A stretch of DNA of 53,286 nucleotides from Tubiluchus corallicola. Lineage: Eukaryota > Animalia > Priapulida. Location: positions 1-53,286 of the forward strand of contig JAQGDQ010001234.1 of NCBI GenBank assembly GCA_030141605.1, written 5' to 3'. A program made the position numbers and the translations under genes. Below the pieces are notes generated by a model, which was not told where the DNA came from, did no database searches, and saw only the letters and a list, made by a program, of their open reading frames with translations. This document shows, one piece after another, positions 26,002-38,299 of this stretch (positions within the stretch are counted from its first letter, which is position 1; every line of letters begins with the position of its first letter).

Positions 26002-27193
26002 AGCCTGTATTCAAGAGAAAGCTTGCCACAGAAAACTTGTCGTTGGCTTGTAGAGAACAGCTGATACTGATGAGGAAACATGGGAAATCAACAATACATA
26101 GCTAAGCAAACTGCAAGCCTGTATTCAACAGAAAGCTTGCCACAGAAAACTTGTCGTTGGCTTGTAGAGAACAGCTGATACTGATGAAGAAACATGGGAA
26201 ATCAACAATACATAGCTAAGCAAACTGCAAGCCTGCATTCAACAGAAAGCTTGCCACAGAAAACTTGTCGTTGGCTTGTAGAGAACAGCTGATACTGATG
26301 AAGAAACATGGGAAATCAACAATACATAGCTAAGCAAACTGCAAGCCTGTATTCAAGAGAAAGCTTGCCACAGAAAACTTGTCGTTGGCTTGTAGAGAAC
26401 AGCTGATACTGATGAAGAAACATGGGAAATCAACAATACATAGCTAAGCAAACTGCAAGCCTGTATTCAAGAGAAAGCTTGCCACAGAAAACTTGTCGTT
26501 GGCTTGTAGAGAACAGCTGATACTGATGAAGAAACATGGGAAATCAACAATACATAGCTAAGCAAACTGCAAGCCTGTATTCTAGAGAAAGCTTGCCTCA
26601 GAAAACTTGTCGTTGGCTCGTAGAGAGCAGCTGATACTGATGAAGAAACATGGGAAATCAACAATACATAGCTAAGCAAACTGCAAGCCTGTATTCTAGA
26701 GAAAGCTTGCCACAGAAAACTTGTCGCTGGCTTGTAGAGAACAGCTGATACTGATGAAGAAACATGGGAAATCAACAATACATAGCTAAGCAAACTGCAA
26801 GCCTGTATTCTAGAGAAAGCTTGCCTCAGAAAACTTGTCGTTGGCTCGTAGAGAACAGCTGATACTGATGAAGAAACATGGGAAATCAACAATACATAGC
26901 TAAGCAAACTGCAAGCCTGTATTCTAGAGAAAGCTTGCCACAGAAAACTTGTCGCTGGCTTGTAGAGAACAGCTGATACTGGTGAAGAAACATGGGAAAT
27001 CAACAATACATAGCTAAGCAAACTGCAAGCCTGTATTCTAGAGAAAGCTTGCCACAGAAAACTTGTCGTCGGCTTGTAGAGAACAGCTGACACTGATGAA
27101 GAAACATGGGAAATCAACAATACATAGCTAAGCAAACTGCAAGCCTGTATTCAAGAGAAAGCTTGCCACAGAAAACTTGTCGTCGGCTTGTAG
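26002..27193. repeat. 114-bp minisatellite, ~10.5 copies
   Basis: gtattc recurs at 26007, 26121, and so on; the 38-aa periodicity of ORF 26467..27135 reflects the unit. Confidence 0.97.
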
Positions 27194-27359
27194 ATCATCA
27201 TCATCATCATCATCATCATACGCCCGTCACGTCTATTGTAGACATTGGGCAGGCAGAATTCTAAAATAAAAGAAATCTGCCTTCAGACAGGTAAACACAG
27301 CAGTAATCCAGCAAAAAACTAGACAATGCTACGCCAGTGGCTTGTCAGCACCACTTCCG
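27194..27359 (-). mobile_element. Short retroposon 3' end with (GAT)n tail, copy 2
   Basis: Reverse complement of 9924-10091; its tail abuts the end of the 114-bp array. Confidence 0.75.
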
Positions 27360-27715
27360 TTTAAAGGCTTTGGCTTCTTGTAAATACATAATTAGTGCAT
27401 AAATTACTGTAACAATCTTTTCTACTGGTCTGTTTATTCATTACCTATTTGGCTTCGGTAAGATACATAATTTGCAGTATTATTGGGGTTAAAACATATA
27501 CATTTTACCGTACTTGAAAATGAGGTACTATATAAAAAAAATCATCATTTTTCCTCTAAATCGAACAAATACAAATAAAGCAGCAACAACAGCAGCAGCA
27601 GCAGCAACAACAACAACAGCAGTAGCAGCAACAGCAGCAGTAGCAGCAGCAGCATCAGCATCAGCATCAACGTGTGTAAGACTTGATTAGCATCCATTGC
27701 TCAATAAAATAGATT

Positions 27716-27914
27716 TATTGCCCACCTCCTGCATTAGTTATGTAGACAAACCATCAGGGGGAAGGTTCAGACATTTTGTAAAAAACGTCCATAAAATACT
27801 CATGTTTACACACACATCCCGGACAGGAAATTCATTTCCGGGATAACAAAGGACTATGAAAGGGCGGTACGTTCTTTGCTCACCGTAAACATGGTAGGAG
27901 GCGGTGGTAATTAT
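27716..27914. mobile_element. Small MITE with imperfect TIRs (Crypton-like non-autonomous ends)
   Basis: ttattgcccacctcctgcat ... atggtaggaggcggtggtaatta; family assignment from recalled terminal motifs only. Confidence 0.35.
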
Positions 27915-28307
27915 TGGTCCCTAGTGTAAATACATTACATTATAACAAGCCAGTACATTATCGGTTAGGCTACTGAATAATAGAAAACGTGGATCTCAGG
28001 TGTTTCAAGTTCAAAGCGTTCTTCAAAACCCGAAGAGAGAGCATGCGCAGTCGTTAAAGCTATCGAAAGTTTGTTTTATTGTATGGCATTTTTACGTTAA
28101 TAAAACTCAGGGGAGAAACCTGGTAATCTATTTGTAACAGGACTGAAACTGTAGAAATTCTACTCTGTGGTTTAAATTTCTTGATTTTTCTTTCCGAAAA
28201 AAACCTGATAAAATGAATAAAATGCAGGAAACGCGTTGGCTTCCGGGCTACCTCCCCTCCCCGACCTAGCTGGCTGTTAGCGCCTGATTTCGGTTCAGGA
28301 AGAGGTA

Positions 28308-28692
28308 TTATTATTATTAAAAATCTTTATTGAAAATGATACAATAAGCCCTCTGTTTGCAGGGCACAAAAGTACAAAAATGTTAAATAAGTCTTTACAC
28401 TATGTACATTAAATAAATTTCTTACTAAACAAGCTGACAATTTTGCATTACGATTTACTTATTCTAAATATATATCCAATATTTATAATCAATGTATAAT
28501 CAATTTACTATAAGATCATTTTGGGTTAGTTCTTTTACAATATCTATATACATTTTAATTACATTAGTGTCTCTCTTTCTGTAAATGTTTCGAATGTCAT
28601 TATTTTCTAAGCTGCGTTCGAGATTCACTCTTATATCTTGTCTAACCAATGCTAACGGACAATGAAAAATTAAATGTTCTGGGGTTTGACTG
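28308..28692 (-). mobile_element. 5'-truncated LINE 3' end with (TAA)n tail
   Basis: QTPEHLIFHCP zinc-knuckle remnant, stop at 28500, aataaa then (taa)n. Flanked by near-duplicate cagga(a)gaggta at ~28296 and ~28693 (probable TSD). Confidence 0.75.
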
Positions 28693-28954
28693 GCAGGAGA
28701 GGTAGCAACCCTACTGGAACCGGAAACAGCCCTAAGGGTTAAGAGACGGGAAAGCTGAAACCAGCGTTTATCTCTGCTCAAACACTCGGCCATTACCACG
28801 ATCATTGTACGGCTATAATGATGTAAATTCAGCCTACACGCCAGGAAATCCTCTCTTTATGGGTCCAGCATATTTGAAAAAGTGCCGTTTATGAGTAACA
28901 TTAAGATGATATGAACCTGCTTTAACGACGGAGAGTGTTTTACTCATGTTATTG

Positions 28955-29444
28955 TATTACGGCCAAATCACGTTGTTGGTTCTCGTCTGATCACCGAAGT
29001 TAAGCAACGTAGAGCCTGGTTAGTGCTTGGATGGGTGACCGCCTAGGAATACGAGGTGCTGCAGGCTTGCGGGATGCCCACACTGTATCTCGACTCTAGG
29101 CGGAGGAACTGTACAAGCAGCCAACGGCTAGAGGGCGGAGGAGGTCAAGTGACCCAACGGCCATGTGTAGAGGAGTAAACCTTCCAAATCAGGAGTGGCG
29201 CTCCGAAGGCGGACCAGTGCAGCATGCTCACTGACTCCGGCAGCTCCTGCAGCCAACCTGGTGACAAACGTATCGCTCCGCTTTCCTTTGGACAACACCA
29301 GGGAGGAAGAGAGGGGATTCCTGCGGTCTGGGCAACTCAGGATCTCCATACACCTTGCCCAGGCGTGCGCCCTGGAGACGTTCAAGGATCGGGCTCTCTT
29401 GGCACACATTCCATTGTCATTCGAGACAGAAGGATGCCAACAAC
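28955..29444 (+). mobile_element. 5S-derived SINE, copy B
   Basis: 5S-like head 28955-29068 with a small deletion near its 5' end; same body as copy A with an internal deletion in the tail; ends gagacagaaggatgccaacaac. Confidence 0.9.
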
Positions 29445-29681
29445 GTGAGATTCGTTGGAAATATCTCCATCAGTACTGAAATTCATATGCTATTTAAGTA
29501 TGTAAAGAAATTGTATGTCACAAAATTTTGTTTTGTCTCCGGCTCAAAAATTTGTTAATAATCTATTCAGCGAGAGCTGAATTTGCTGAAATTGCAGCGG
29601 GTTTCTTTTTCGGACCTATTGCGCATGCTCTCAGAACTGTGGTGTCATCTGTTGGACGAAAATCTTTTGTCATTTCTTTAA

Positions 29682-30176
29682 AGGAAAACTTGGCTATCGT
29701 GTAAACATAGTTCAAAATAAAGTATGATTTATAATACTGAAGAATACAACAGCTTTTTAGATCAAAGCTTAGATTAAACCACAATTACCTCGGATAGTTA
29801 AATTAAAGTTAAACTTTCAAAACTACGCGCGGCTCCGTGAATCCACTAAGATTGGCAGTGGTTTTGTCACATTCGCGTGGCCGACAAATAGGCGCTGTAC
29901 CGTGATAAGCATGATCGTGGTCGTCTGTTACGTCAGTGTGACGTAGAGCTCATTTTCGTGACATCACATCAGCATCTTATAGCAATCTTCTCTTACGCAA
30001 ACGTGCTTGACGCGCCGGGAAGATGTCTATCATTGCACAAACTGTGGTTAGTTTGTGACGTAAGCGATAGCTGTGTTCGGCAGCCGTTAAATAACTTTCC
30101 AACGTAATTATTCGAATACTAGAAACAATTACTAAATTAAAATGAGACTGAGTCTAATCAATCGTCCGGTTTTCAT
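29682..30176 (+). mobile_element. Kolobok-like MITE family K2, copy 1
   Basis: ttaa|aggaaaac ... gttttcat|ttaa; body homologous to 32874-33378 and 52283-52813. Confidence 0.8.
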
Positions 30177-30239
30177 TTAATCGTGAAATAATTAGTCTCA
30201 TTAAACTTACATTATATTAATTACTGCATTAAGTAGAAT

Positions 30240-31014
30240 ACTTTCACAACGTGAACCAATCACACTAGCAACACCGTCAGTCATATTTTCTCAATTTTGG
30301 ACCTTGATTAGCACAAGTAGAAGCTAATTTAGAGTTACTGTTTATTTTATTGGCAACAAAAATCCCATACGCCACAGGAATTTTCCCCAATTTCACAAAT
30401 TGGACGTAGCTATAGGCTCTTCTATACAACGCAGTAAACGAACATAGACTCACACGACAAATTGCTGTAGTAAAGACTTGGGAAGCTTCCACGAAACGTC
30501 TAGGAGAAATTCGTACAAATTCAATTGTCCACAAGGAAAAATTGTTATTGTAGCGTTCTGTCCAAGTGAGGAACGTTAGATGTGGTTTTCTTTGACTGAT
30601 AAACGAGTCTGAAACTGCAATTGTGCAGAGAATGAAAGAGTTTTATCTCCTTCGCTATTGTACGATTTGCCAACCATTGAAATTCGGGGAGGAATAGAAG
30701 AACAGCTTTGAATAATATCGTCGCATGATGAACACAGCCTGCGCGTTTTTCGCGAGTGAATGGGGCAGTAATAGCAGTGTCACATTTTTCAAGATTTCTG
30801 AGACTTCAACATGCTGACGTGAAACAGCAGCAGCAGCAGTAGTAGTAATAGAAGTAGTAGTTGTAGTGGTAGTGGTAGTGGTAGTAGTGGTAGTAGTAGC
30901 AGTAGTAGTAGTAGTGCTAGTGGTAGTGGCAGTGGTAGTGGTAGTAGTGGTAGTGGTAGTGGTAGTGGTAGTGGTAGTAGTGGTAGTAGTGGTAGTAGTA
31001 GTAGTAGTAGTAGT

Positions 31015-31058
<44 letters not shown>

Positions 31059-31143
31059 GAGTAGTAGTAATGGTAGTGGTAGCGGTAGCGGTTGTGGTAG
31101 TAGTAAGAGTAACGGTAGTAGCAGCAGTAGTAGTGGTAGTGGT

Positions 31144-31178
<35 letters not shown>

Positions 31179-31600
31179 TAGTAAAGTTGTAACCTGTATC
31201 AGAAAAAACCAAATTCATCTTGAACAAACACACACATTTACTAGATACAAAGACGATATCTAATGCTGAGCTCAAACGACTTACCAGCTGCCCAATAGAA
31301 GCTTAAAACTTGATCCTTGACTTGACAGATGGAAAAGCTCCCAAATCACTTGATTGTGAAGAATATAGCTCAAATACACAAGTGACGGTTTGTGCTTGAC
31401 TGCATGTGTAAACCTGAGTGATTAATTCACCAAGCGCTAATTCAATCAAGCACACACAAGTCCAAACAACAACTTTCGGATCATCATTATACAATGATGG
31501 TTTCCTTGGACTCCTTGCTTCCTGTCGTTTCCAGAAAAAATGCGCCGAAAGGGCCAATTTAATAACGTGATACTGATGCAAAAATAATAGCAAACTTAGT
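30240..31600 (-). pseudogene. Degraded LINE reverse-transcriptase relic split by a microsatellite
   Basis: Ordered remnants KRQEARSPRKPSLYNDD (cf. VRQGxxLSPxLFxLYxND), SALDIVFVS (cf. YADDIVLxS), KLGKIP (cf. ELGRxP) and PKLRKY. Confidence 0.4.
30825..31183. repeat. Compound (GTA/GTG/GCA)n microsatellite
   Basis: Direct reading. Confidence 0.97.
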
Positions 31601-31621
31601 TGTATGACGTCAGACATAAAC

Positions 31622-31622
31622 A

Positions 31623-31658
<36 letters not shown>

Positions 31659-31835
31659 AGTGATGATGATGCTGCTGATGCTGCTGATGATGATGATGAT
31701 GGCGACGACGACGACGATGTTGTTGTTGTTGTTGATGATGATGATGATGGCGACGACGACGACGATGGTGCTGATGGTGATAATGATGATGATTATGGTA
31801 ATGATGATAATTATGATGATGATAATTGTGATGAA

Positions 31836-31869
<34 letters not shown>

Positions 31870-31881
31870 GTGATGATGATA
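31622..31881. repeat. Compound (GAT/GAC/GTT)n microsatellite
   Basis: Direct reading. Confidence 0.97.
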
Positions 31882-32763
31882 TAATATAATATAGTAAAAA
31901 TCAATAATCGTTGCAATGCACCCTGCCTCCTTTAGAACAGGGTCAATTATTATTATTATCTTTAAGTAGACTACTAAGATGTCATTTGTAATCATTAGCT
32001 CAGCGAAATTTATATAATAGTAATCATACACTGGCAAGAACCATTCGTTTATGATGCAGTAAGTGATATAAGAAGCCAGGTTGATCGAAGTTAAATGATG
32101 TAATAGAATCGCTGATCTATGGTCTATGGTCAATGAAATACGAAATTCGCTGATCTATTGTAAATGATATAGCTGAATTAACTCATATCAGCGGTAATTT
32201 AGATCGACATTTTAGAATTGTTCGGTAAATCACGCGGTTTTTCGCGAGACGAGAGCAGCGTCCATTAAAGTGCAATGGTTTGGAAATCTTCGGGATGAGG
32301 AGGCAGCCGTATCGTTTCCTCGTGAAGCCAACTGGAAGAGAATGCACAAAGAGGTCGTGGAGAATTATTCAGGGAAGCAGAAGTCAGTGACGTAACAGAT
32401 GACTGAACTCATTCAATTAGACTCTTGGCGCAAAAAACGCACGAAATCACGGGAAACCGTCGCAGGAAGCCATTTATTCTCCAACGTAGATTATCTTTTC
32501 AGAAATGTCAGGAACAATTTACGTGTACTTTGACCGGTTGTGTGTCACGTGATACGCAATTTATACCAAATGGTAAATCACAAACAGGGTGTTAAGTAAC
32601 AGTTCTGTAAAATATCGATTTATCGATTTGATTTCCCTCGGAGTGAAACAAGTTACCTTCTAGAGAAGCCATTTAGGTCCAGTAGACTGGACTGCCGTTC
32701 TACAGCAAACCAAAACAAAGCCAAATAAGGCATATGGTTAGAGCACATGGGTATCTAACAATG

Positions 32764-32764
<1 letters not shown>

Positions 32765-32810
<46 letters not shown>

Positions 32811-32852
32811 GCGACGACGACGACGACGACGATGACGATGATGATGATGATG
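32765..32852. repeat. (GAT/GAC)n microsatellite flanked by 12-bp direct repeats
   Basis: atctaacaatgt at 32753-32764 and 32853-32864. Confidence 0.93.
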
Positions 32853-32873
32853 ATCTAACAATGTTGCTTTTAA

Positions 32874-33378
32874 AGGAAAACCGGATGATTATGTAAACAT
32901 TAGTTCAAAATAAAGAATGCTATAAAATATTAAAAATTGCAACAGCTTTTTTTTAAATCAAAGCTTAGATTAAATAATAATTACCTCGGATAGTTTAATT
33001 TTTGTTAAACTTTCAAAGTTACGCGCGGCTTACAGAATTCACTAAGACTAACAATGGGACAAATAGGCGCGGTACCGTGATAAGCGTGATCATGAACAGC
33101 GGTGTTCGTCTGCGATGTCAGTATGACGTAGAACTCACTTTCGTGACATCACATCAGCGTCTTATAGCAATCTTTGCTTACGCAAACGTGTTCGACGCAC
33201 AGCGAAGATGCTTACGATTGCATAAACTGTGGTTAGTTTGTGATGTAAGCGATAGCTGTGTTCGGTTGCCATTAACTAACCTTGCAAGGTAATTATTCAA
33301 ATATTAGAAACAATTGCTCACTTTTATAGGCAAGAAAACTAAAATGAGATTTAGTATAATCAGTCGTCTGGTTTTCCT
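32874..33378 (+). mobile_element. Kolobok-like MITE family K2, copy 2 (intact ends)
   Basis: ttaa|aggaaaaccggatgatt ... cagtcgtctggttttcct|ttaa: TIRs and TTAA on both sides. Confidence 0.85.
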
Positions 33379-33410
33379 TTAACTGTTAGTTAAAAAACAA
33401 ATCCAGGAGT

Positions 33411-33794
33411 GACGTTCAAGACGTCTAGACGCTATCAAAGAGTCAAGAAATTGACTTGATCAGAGTGTCACATAACTGGGTGTCCTAACATTCAAGACGT
33501 CTAGACGCTATCAAAGAGTCAACACATTGGCTTGATCAGAGTGCCACATAACTGGGTGTCCTGACATTCAAGACGTCTAGACGCTATCAAAGAGTCAACA
33601 CATTGACTCGATCAGAGTGTCACATAACTGGGTGTCCTAACATTCAAGATGTCTAGACGCTATCAAAGAGTCAACACATTGGCCTGATCAGAGTGTCACA
33701 ACTGGGTGTCCTGACATTCAGGACGTCTAGACGCTATCAAAGAGTCAACAAATTGACTTGATCAGAGTGTCACATAACTGGGTGTCCTGACATT
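33411..33794. repeat. 76-bp tandem repeat, 5 copies
   Basis: ttcaagacgtctagacgctatcaaagagtcaa... at 33415, 33491, 33567 and onward. Confidence 0.95.
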
Positions 33795-34267
33795 CTGAGA
33801 GCTAGGCAGACAGTTTATCCAGGCCTAACAAATCGAGTCTAACGTTGACATAGGTCTTATGTAATCACCGCTTTCCCCGAAATGTCAAACAAAGAATTTT
33901 CAGCGTTTGTCGATCAAAGGAGCAGTCGAATTAAGATAGTGAGAGGCGTTGGGAGTTGTTACCCGTCACGTGACACGTGATGCATTGTGATTGGCGCGTG
34001 TCTAGTTTGACAACCAACATTTAAAACTCTTAAAACGTGTTCGTACTTTGTCAACATTTTGTCTGCTGTTCTATTAAGTTGGTGTCGTCGATTTGGGAAG
34101 CAGAAGAGCAAGCGAGATGGGAGACTGCGAGAGGGGGCTGAGAGACATAGGAGGGAAGAAGCTGAGGGTTCGAAGGTAAGAAGAAATAATTCGCCAGAGC
34201 TGGAATTGGAGTTATCAAAAGGGATTAAAAGATAGATGTGAATGAGACAGTGATTTTGGAACAAGGG

Positions 34268-34370
34268 GGATAGAGAGAGGTGGCAAAGAGAGGGAGAGAG
34301 AGGAAAGAGAGAGAGAGAATAGAGAGACAAAGAGAATAGAGAGAGAGAGAGAGAGAGAATAGAGAGACAA

Positions 34371-34419
<49 letters not shown>

Positions 34420-34442
34420 GGGAGAGAAGGAACGCAAGAGAG

Positions 34443-34529
<87 letters not shown>

Positions 34530-34627
34530 GAGAGAGGGAGGGGATAGAGAGTGAGAGAATAGAGAGAACGATGGGGGAGAGGGAACGCAAGAGAGAGAGA
34601 GAGAGAAAAACACCCAAAAGGAGAAAC

Positions 34628-34699
<72 letters not shown>

Positions 34700-34734
34700 A
34701 GAGATCGAGAGAGAGAGAGAGAGAGAGAGCGAGA
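34268..34734. repeat. Interrupted (GA)n microsatellite
   Basis: Direct reading. Confidence 0.97.
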
Positions 34735-35364
34735 AACTGTGGCACATAAACCCCCTCAATTTTCTGTTTCTTATCTCTATCATCCCTGCCGGGTTAGGCC
34801 TATTATTATTATCATCACACTTTCAACAACCTCGTTAAATATCTCCCATTCAAGACATGCTCTCGAGTTTTCAACACGATATTAATCCCGACAGTAATCT
34901 TTCCATTATGACAAGTAATCCCTTTAATACAAACTAGCTGGACGAAACCTGATACAGTTGCCACGCGGTTGCTTTTCGCTTCGACTTCCTGCGGCGCACC
35001 GCCTTCCACGGGACAGCGATGCGCCCCTGGAAATCCGAGGGAAAAGCGACCGCTTGCAGGCAATCAACAAAACGGAACTGACGCAATAAAACTCAGGGGA
35101 GATTATACAGGAATAATAGTAGAATTAGCAGACGATTCTATGTGGAAAACTAATTAGATGCTGCTAAGCAAACACGGATAAAGTGCATCACAACAGAGGA
35201 TGTATTTGCGTTCCACTTGGCCTTCTGTTTAGCTTAATTCTGCACAGATAATAAGGCTTTCGTTTCATATATTGAATAAGATCTCACATGACAAAGACTC
35301 GCATAGTGAACCGTTTATGTTATCTGACTTAACCATGCGTTTATTAGTCATTTCTTTCTCTTTG

Positions 35365-35989
35365 TAAAGGAAAGAAGAAGTCACTTAGTATGCTGGGTTT
35401 ATTTTACTGTTTTCGTCATAGATTTGTTTTTGTTACAGTTATCGTTATAGAATTGTTTTTGTCACGGTTTTCGTCATAGATTTACTTTTGTTACAGTTTC
35501 CGTCATAGATTTACTTTTGTTACAGTTTCCGTCATAGATTTGTTTTTGTCACAGTTTTCGTCATAGATTTGTTTTTGTCAGGGTTTTCGTCATAGATTTG
35601 TTTTTGTTACAGTTTTCGTCATAGATTTGTTTTTGTTACAGTTTTCGTCATAGATTTGTTTTTGGTACAGTTTTCGTCATAAATTTGTTTTTATCACAGT
35701 TTTCGTCATAGATTTGTTTTTGCTACAGTTTTCGTCATAGATTTACTTTTGTTACAGTTTTCACCATAGATTTGTTTTCGCTACAGTTTCCGTCATAGAT
35801 TTACTTTTGTTACAGTTCTCGTCATAGATTTGTTTTTGCTACAGTTTTCGTCATAGATTAACTTTTGTTACAGTTCTCGTCATAGATTTGTTTTTGCTAC
35901 AGTTCTCGTCATAGATTTGTTTTTGCTACAGTTTTCGTCATAGATTTGTTTTTGTTACAATTTTCGTCATAGATATGTTTTTGTTTCAG
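35365..35989 (+). repeat. K1 terminus (35365-35410) followed by a 29-bp minisatellite (~20 copies) ending at the TMTC3 acceptor
   Basis: taaaggaaagaagaagtcacttagtatgctgggtttattttactgtt then (ttttcgtcatagatttgtttttgttacag)n; last unit ...gatatgtttttgtttcag|ATG. Confidence 0.95.
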
Positions 35990-36268
35990 ATGATGCTAGC
36001 AGAAACAAACAACAACAACAACAACAACAATAACAACAACAACAGCAAGTGCAATAAGGAAAAGTTTGCAAGAACCGACTGGGATATGACGACAGTGAAA
36101 CACTCGCTGATGTTGATGATGGCTGTGTTCGTTTGTTACTATAATTCACTTGACTGTGACTTTGTCTTTGACGATGTGTCGGCCATTAAAGAAAATAAAG
36201 ACTTGAGGCCTGCCACGCCCATAACTAACCTCTTCTTCAACGATTTCTGGGGAACGCCTATGCAAAAG
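35990..36268 (+). CDS. TMTC3: TMTC3-like protein O-mannosyltransferase, first coding exon (93 codons)
   Basis: Translation MMLAET(N)12SK...[61 protein letters not shown] matches the TMTC3 N-terminus as I recall it ([29 protein letters not shown]...NDFWGTPM), including the DD motif. Acceptor tttttgtttcag ends at 35989; donor aag|gtacgt at 36268/9, phase 0. The true start could instead be the Met at 36086. Confidence 0.93.
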
Positions 36269-36309
36269 GTACGTCGTGTTTTTTTTTCAATTCGCTTCAG
36301 CAATGAGTC

Positions 36310-37030
36310 AATAAGCTTTTGCGCAATTTCGTTGTGCGCATGCGCAGTTGCTATAGGTCAAAGGTACCACAGCAACGCAGCTTAACTACAACAGTCACTT
36401 GATATATGTGTAAAGCAAAGTTGTCTACCGCATCAGTTCAGCAACTTCTGTTGTTTTAAGTAGACTTTACTTAACTATGCATTAGTCTGTGTGTTTAGTG
36501 ATTTACTAGCAGGATTTTGCTTGGGAACAAGAAAAAATGAACTAGGCAAGGTTCTAGCTAACTGTTAAAACTGTTACTATTACAATAGCATGGGCTGCAG
36601 GGTATTGTCAAGTGTATACAAATGCGTTGTCTGGTACACTTAACCTTTGATGTGAATATTAAACTTTTATTTTAATTTACTGTCCAAAATATACATTTTC
36701 TTGCCTATAAAAGTTGGCAGTTATTTCTGATATCTGATTGAGATCGCGGCTTTAAAAATGTTACAAAATCAGCTATCTTTTTGTAAAAACTTATTATACT
36801 TTTCACGAAGATTAGCAGTGCGCTACTTTTCTTCAAGACGAATGACGTCATTGGAAGAAGAATGGGCATTGAAATTGCGAACGCCCAAGAATGAAATGAT
36901 CGCGACTTTAAAGTGATTTTACTAATTACACGGGGCGCTTATTGCAGTTTTATTCCTAAATCCTTCTAACATTTTTCATGAACAATGAAATGAACCTAAC
37001 CGCCTAGACCACTTGGCCTTTTCTTTTAAT
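36310..37030. mobile_element. Stack of MITE fragments: H (36310-36650), K2 (36660-36735), K1 (36750-37030)
   Basis: Each segment matches other in-window copies of the family. Confidence 0.7.
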
Positions 37031-37552
37031 AAAGCTAATGCCACTAGCTGCAGTCTATTTTACTCGGATTACACGTAACCGTTACCGTAGTTATTGCCCT
37101 CCATCATTAACTTTTATTGCAAACGTTAATTATTGTTATAGCCATCAGCAATAGCAAATCCCCAGTCAGTGTTGAGCTATCATCGCAGCGGATTAATACA
37201 AACCTGCTCTTCTTTCTGTTATAGGCTCATCATAGGCCTCAAAGTGTATTAAAAACCTGATGCACCCATGCCCTATACTGCCCTAGTCTATAGAGCAAGA
37301 GGATTATGGGAAATCCTAATAAGTCATATAAAACGAACATAATCTAGACACTTCACTACACGCTGGCTATAATGGCACCTCTTTTATGTCACCTCTATTA
37401 TTATAATGGCTGCGTAAACCTGAAGCTTTTAGAAAACGGAATTATCGTGTATCTGCTTGTCGGCTTAAACGTGTAATAAACTGAAAGTTTTACCTGGTGC
37501 TGCCCTCTATATGATTGTCCCGTTAAATATTTAATACCGAGATGAGGATGAG

Positions 37553-37923
37553 TCTTTTCACAGTTCCGGCGATTGATGATGATTCTGAAAAGGTCCATGG
37601 TTAAGTGTGTCACAAGAACGCGTACTAACTGCAACCGTCACGTAACGTGCGGGTAAAGCAAAGCCGTCTTCCACATCAGTTTAGTAACTTCAGTTGTTGT
37701 ACCTGGACTTTTGTTAAGTCTATGCGTAGAATGATTTACTAACAAGATTTTGCTTGGAAACAAAAAATGAACTAAGTAGGATTCTAGCTAGCTGTTAAAT
37801 TGTCATCATTACAATAGCATTGGCTGCGAAGTGTTGTCGAGTGTACACAAATGCCTTCTCTGGTACAGCTGACCTTTGACCTTTCTATGATCATCATCAA
37901 TTGCTGGAATTGTGAAAAATTTT
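37553..37923 (+). mobile_element. MITE family H with ~55-bp TIRs
   Basis: ttttcacagttccggcgattgatgatgat..gaaaaggtc vs gacctttctatgatcatcatcaattgctggaattgtgaaaa. Confidence 0.78.
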
Positions 37924-38299
37924 ATTCTTTAATGTTGCCCAAAATGACCTGCTCTATTTTATCTTTTCGACTCTGTGTTCCTTTCTCCCCAGTAGAAAAT
38001 TGTGTTTTTCGTTTTTCTCCAAATCCTGAGATTTTGACCCTATTCATACTGCTGGTGGAATGTAGATTAGTTGCATAAATTTTTTCTCGCCAAAAAAGCT
38101 CTGTTCACACAGTGGTTAACAAAAGCAACAAGCTACAAAGCTACATGTGGGTAAAGCAAAGCCGTATACCACATCAATTTAGTAACATGCTATAAAGCTA
38201 CATGAGAACTTGTACTTAATCACACATTTTGTAATATGGCTCTTCCTTGATCACTGAGTTGTGAATCACGTGACACAGAGATTCAAGCTGCTATTGGAT

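Noticed and set aside
26467-27135. 222-aa repeat protein ORF
   Set aside because: Arises from a 114-bp (multiple of 3) unit; neighbouring units contain stops; no recognisable domain or splice context.
26002-27193. Tandem hammerhead ribozymes (ctgatga...gaaa in every 114-bp unit)
   Set aside because: The bases between CUGAUGA and GAAA do not form stem II, and I could not build stems I/III with a UH site. An Infernal hammerhead search would settle it.
30655-32133. Poly-Thr/His/Val/Leu ORFs (also 20228-20507, 33959-34885, 43521-44229, 48301-48775, 49975-51508)
   Set aside because: Microsatellite translations that stay open in several frames and on both strands.
36269-36385. C-terminal part of ORF 35975..36385 (VRRVFFSIRF...)
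   Set aside because: Intron read-through into a MITE; TMTC3 homology resumes at 50768.
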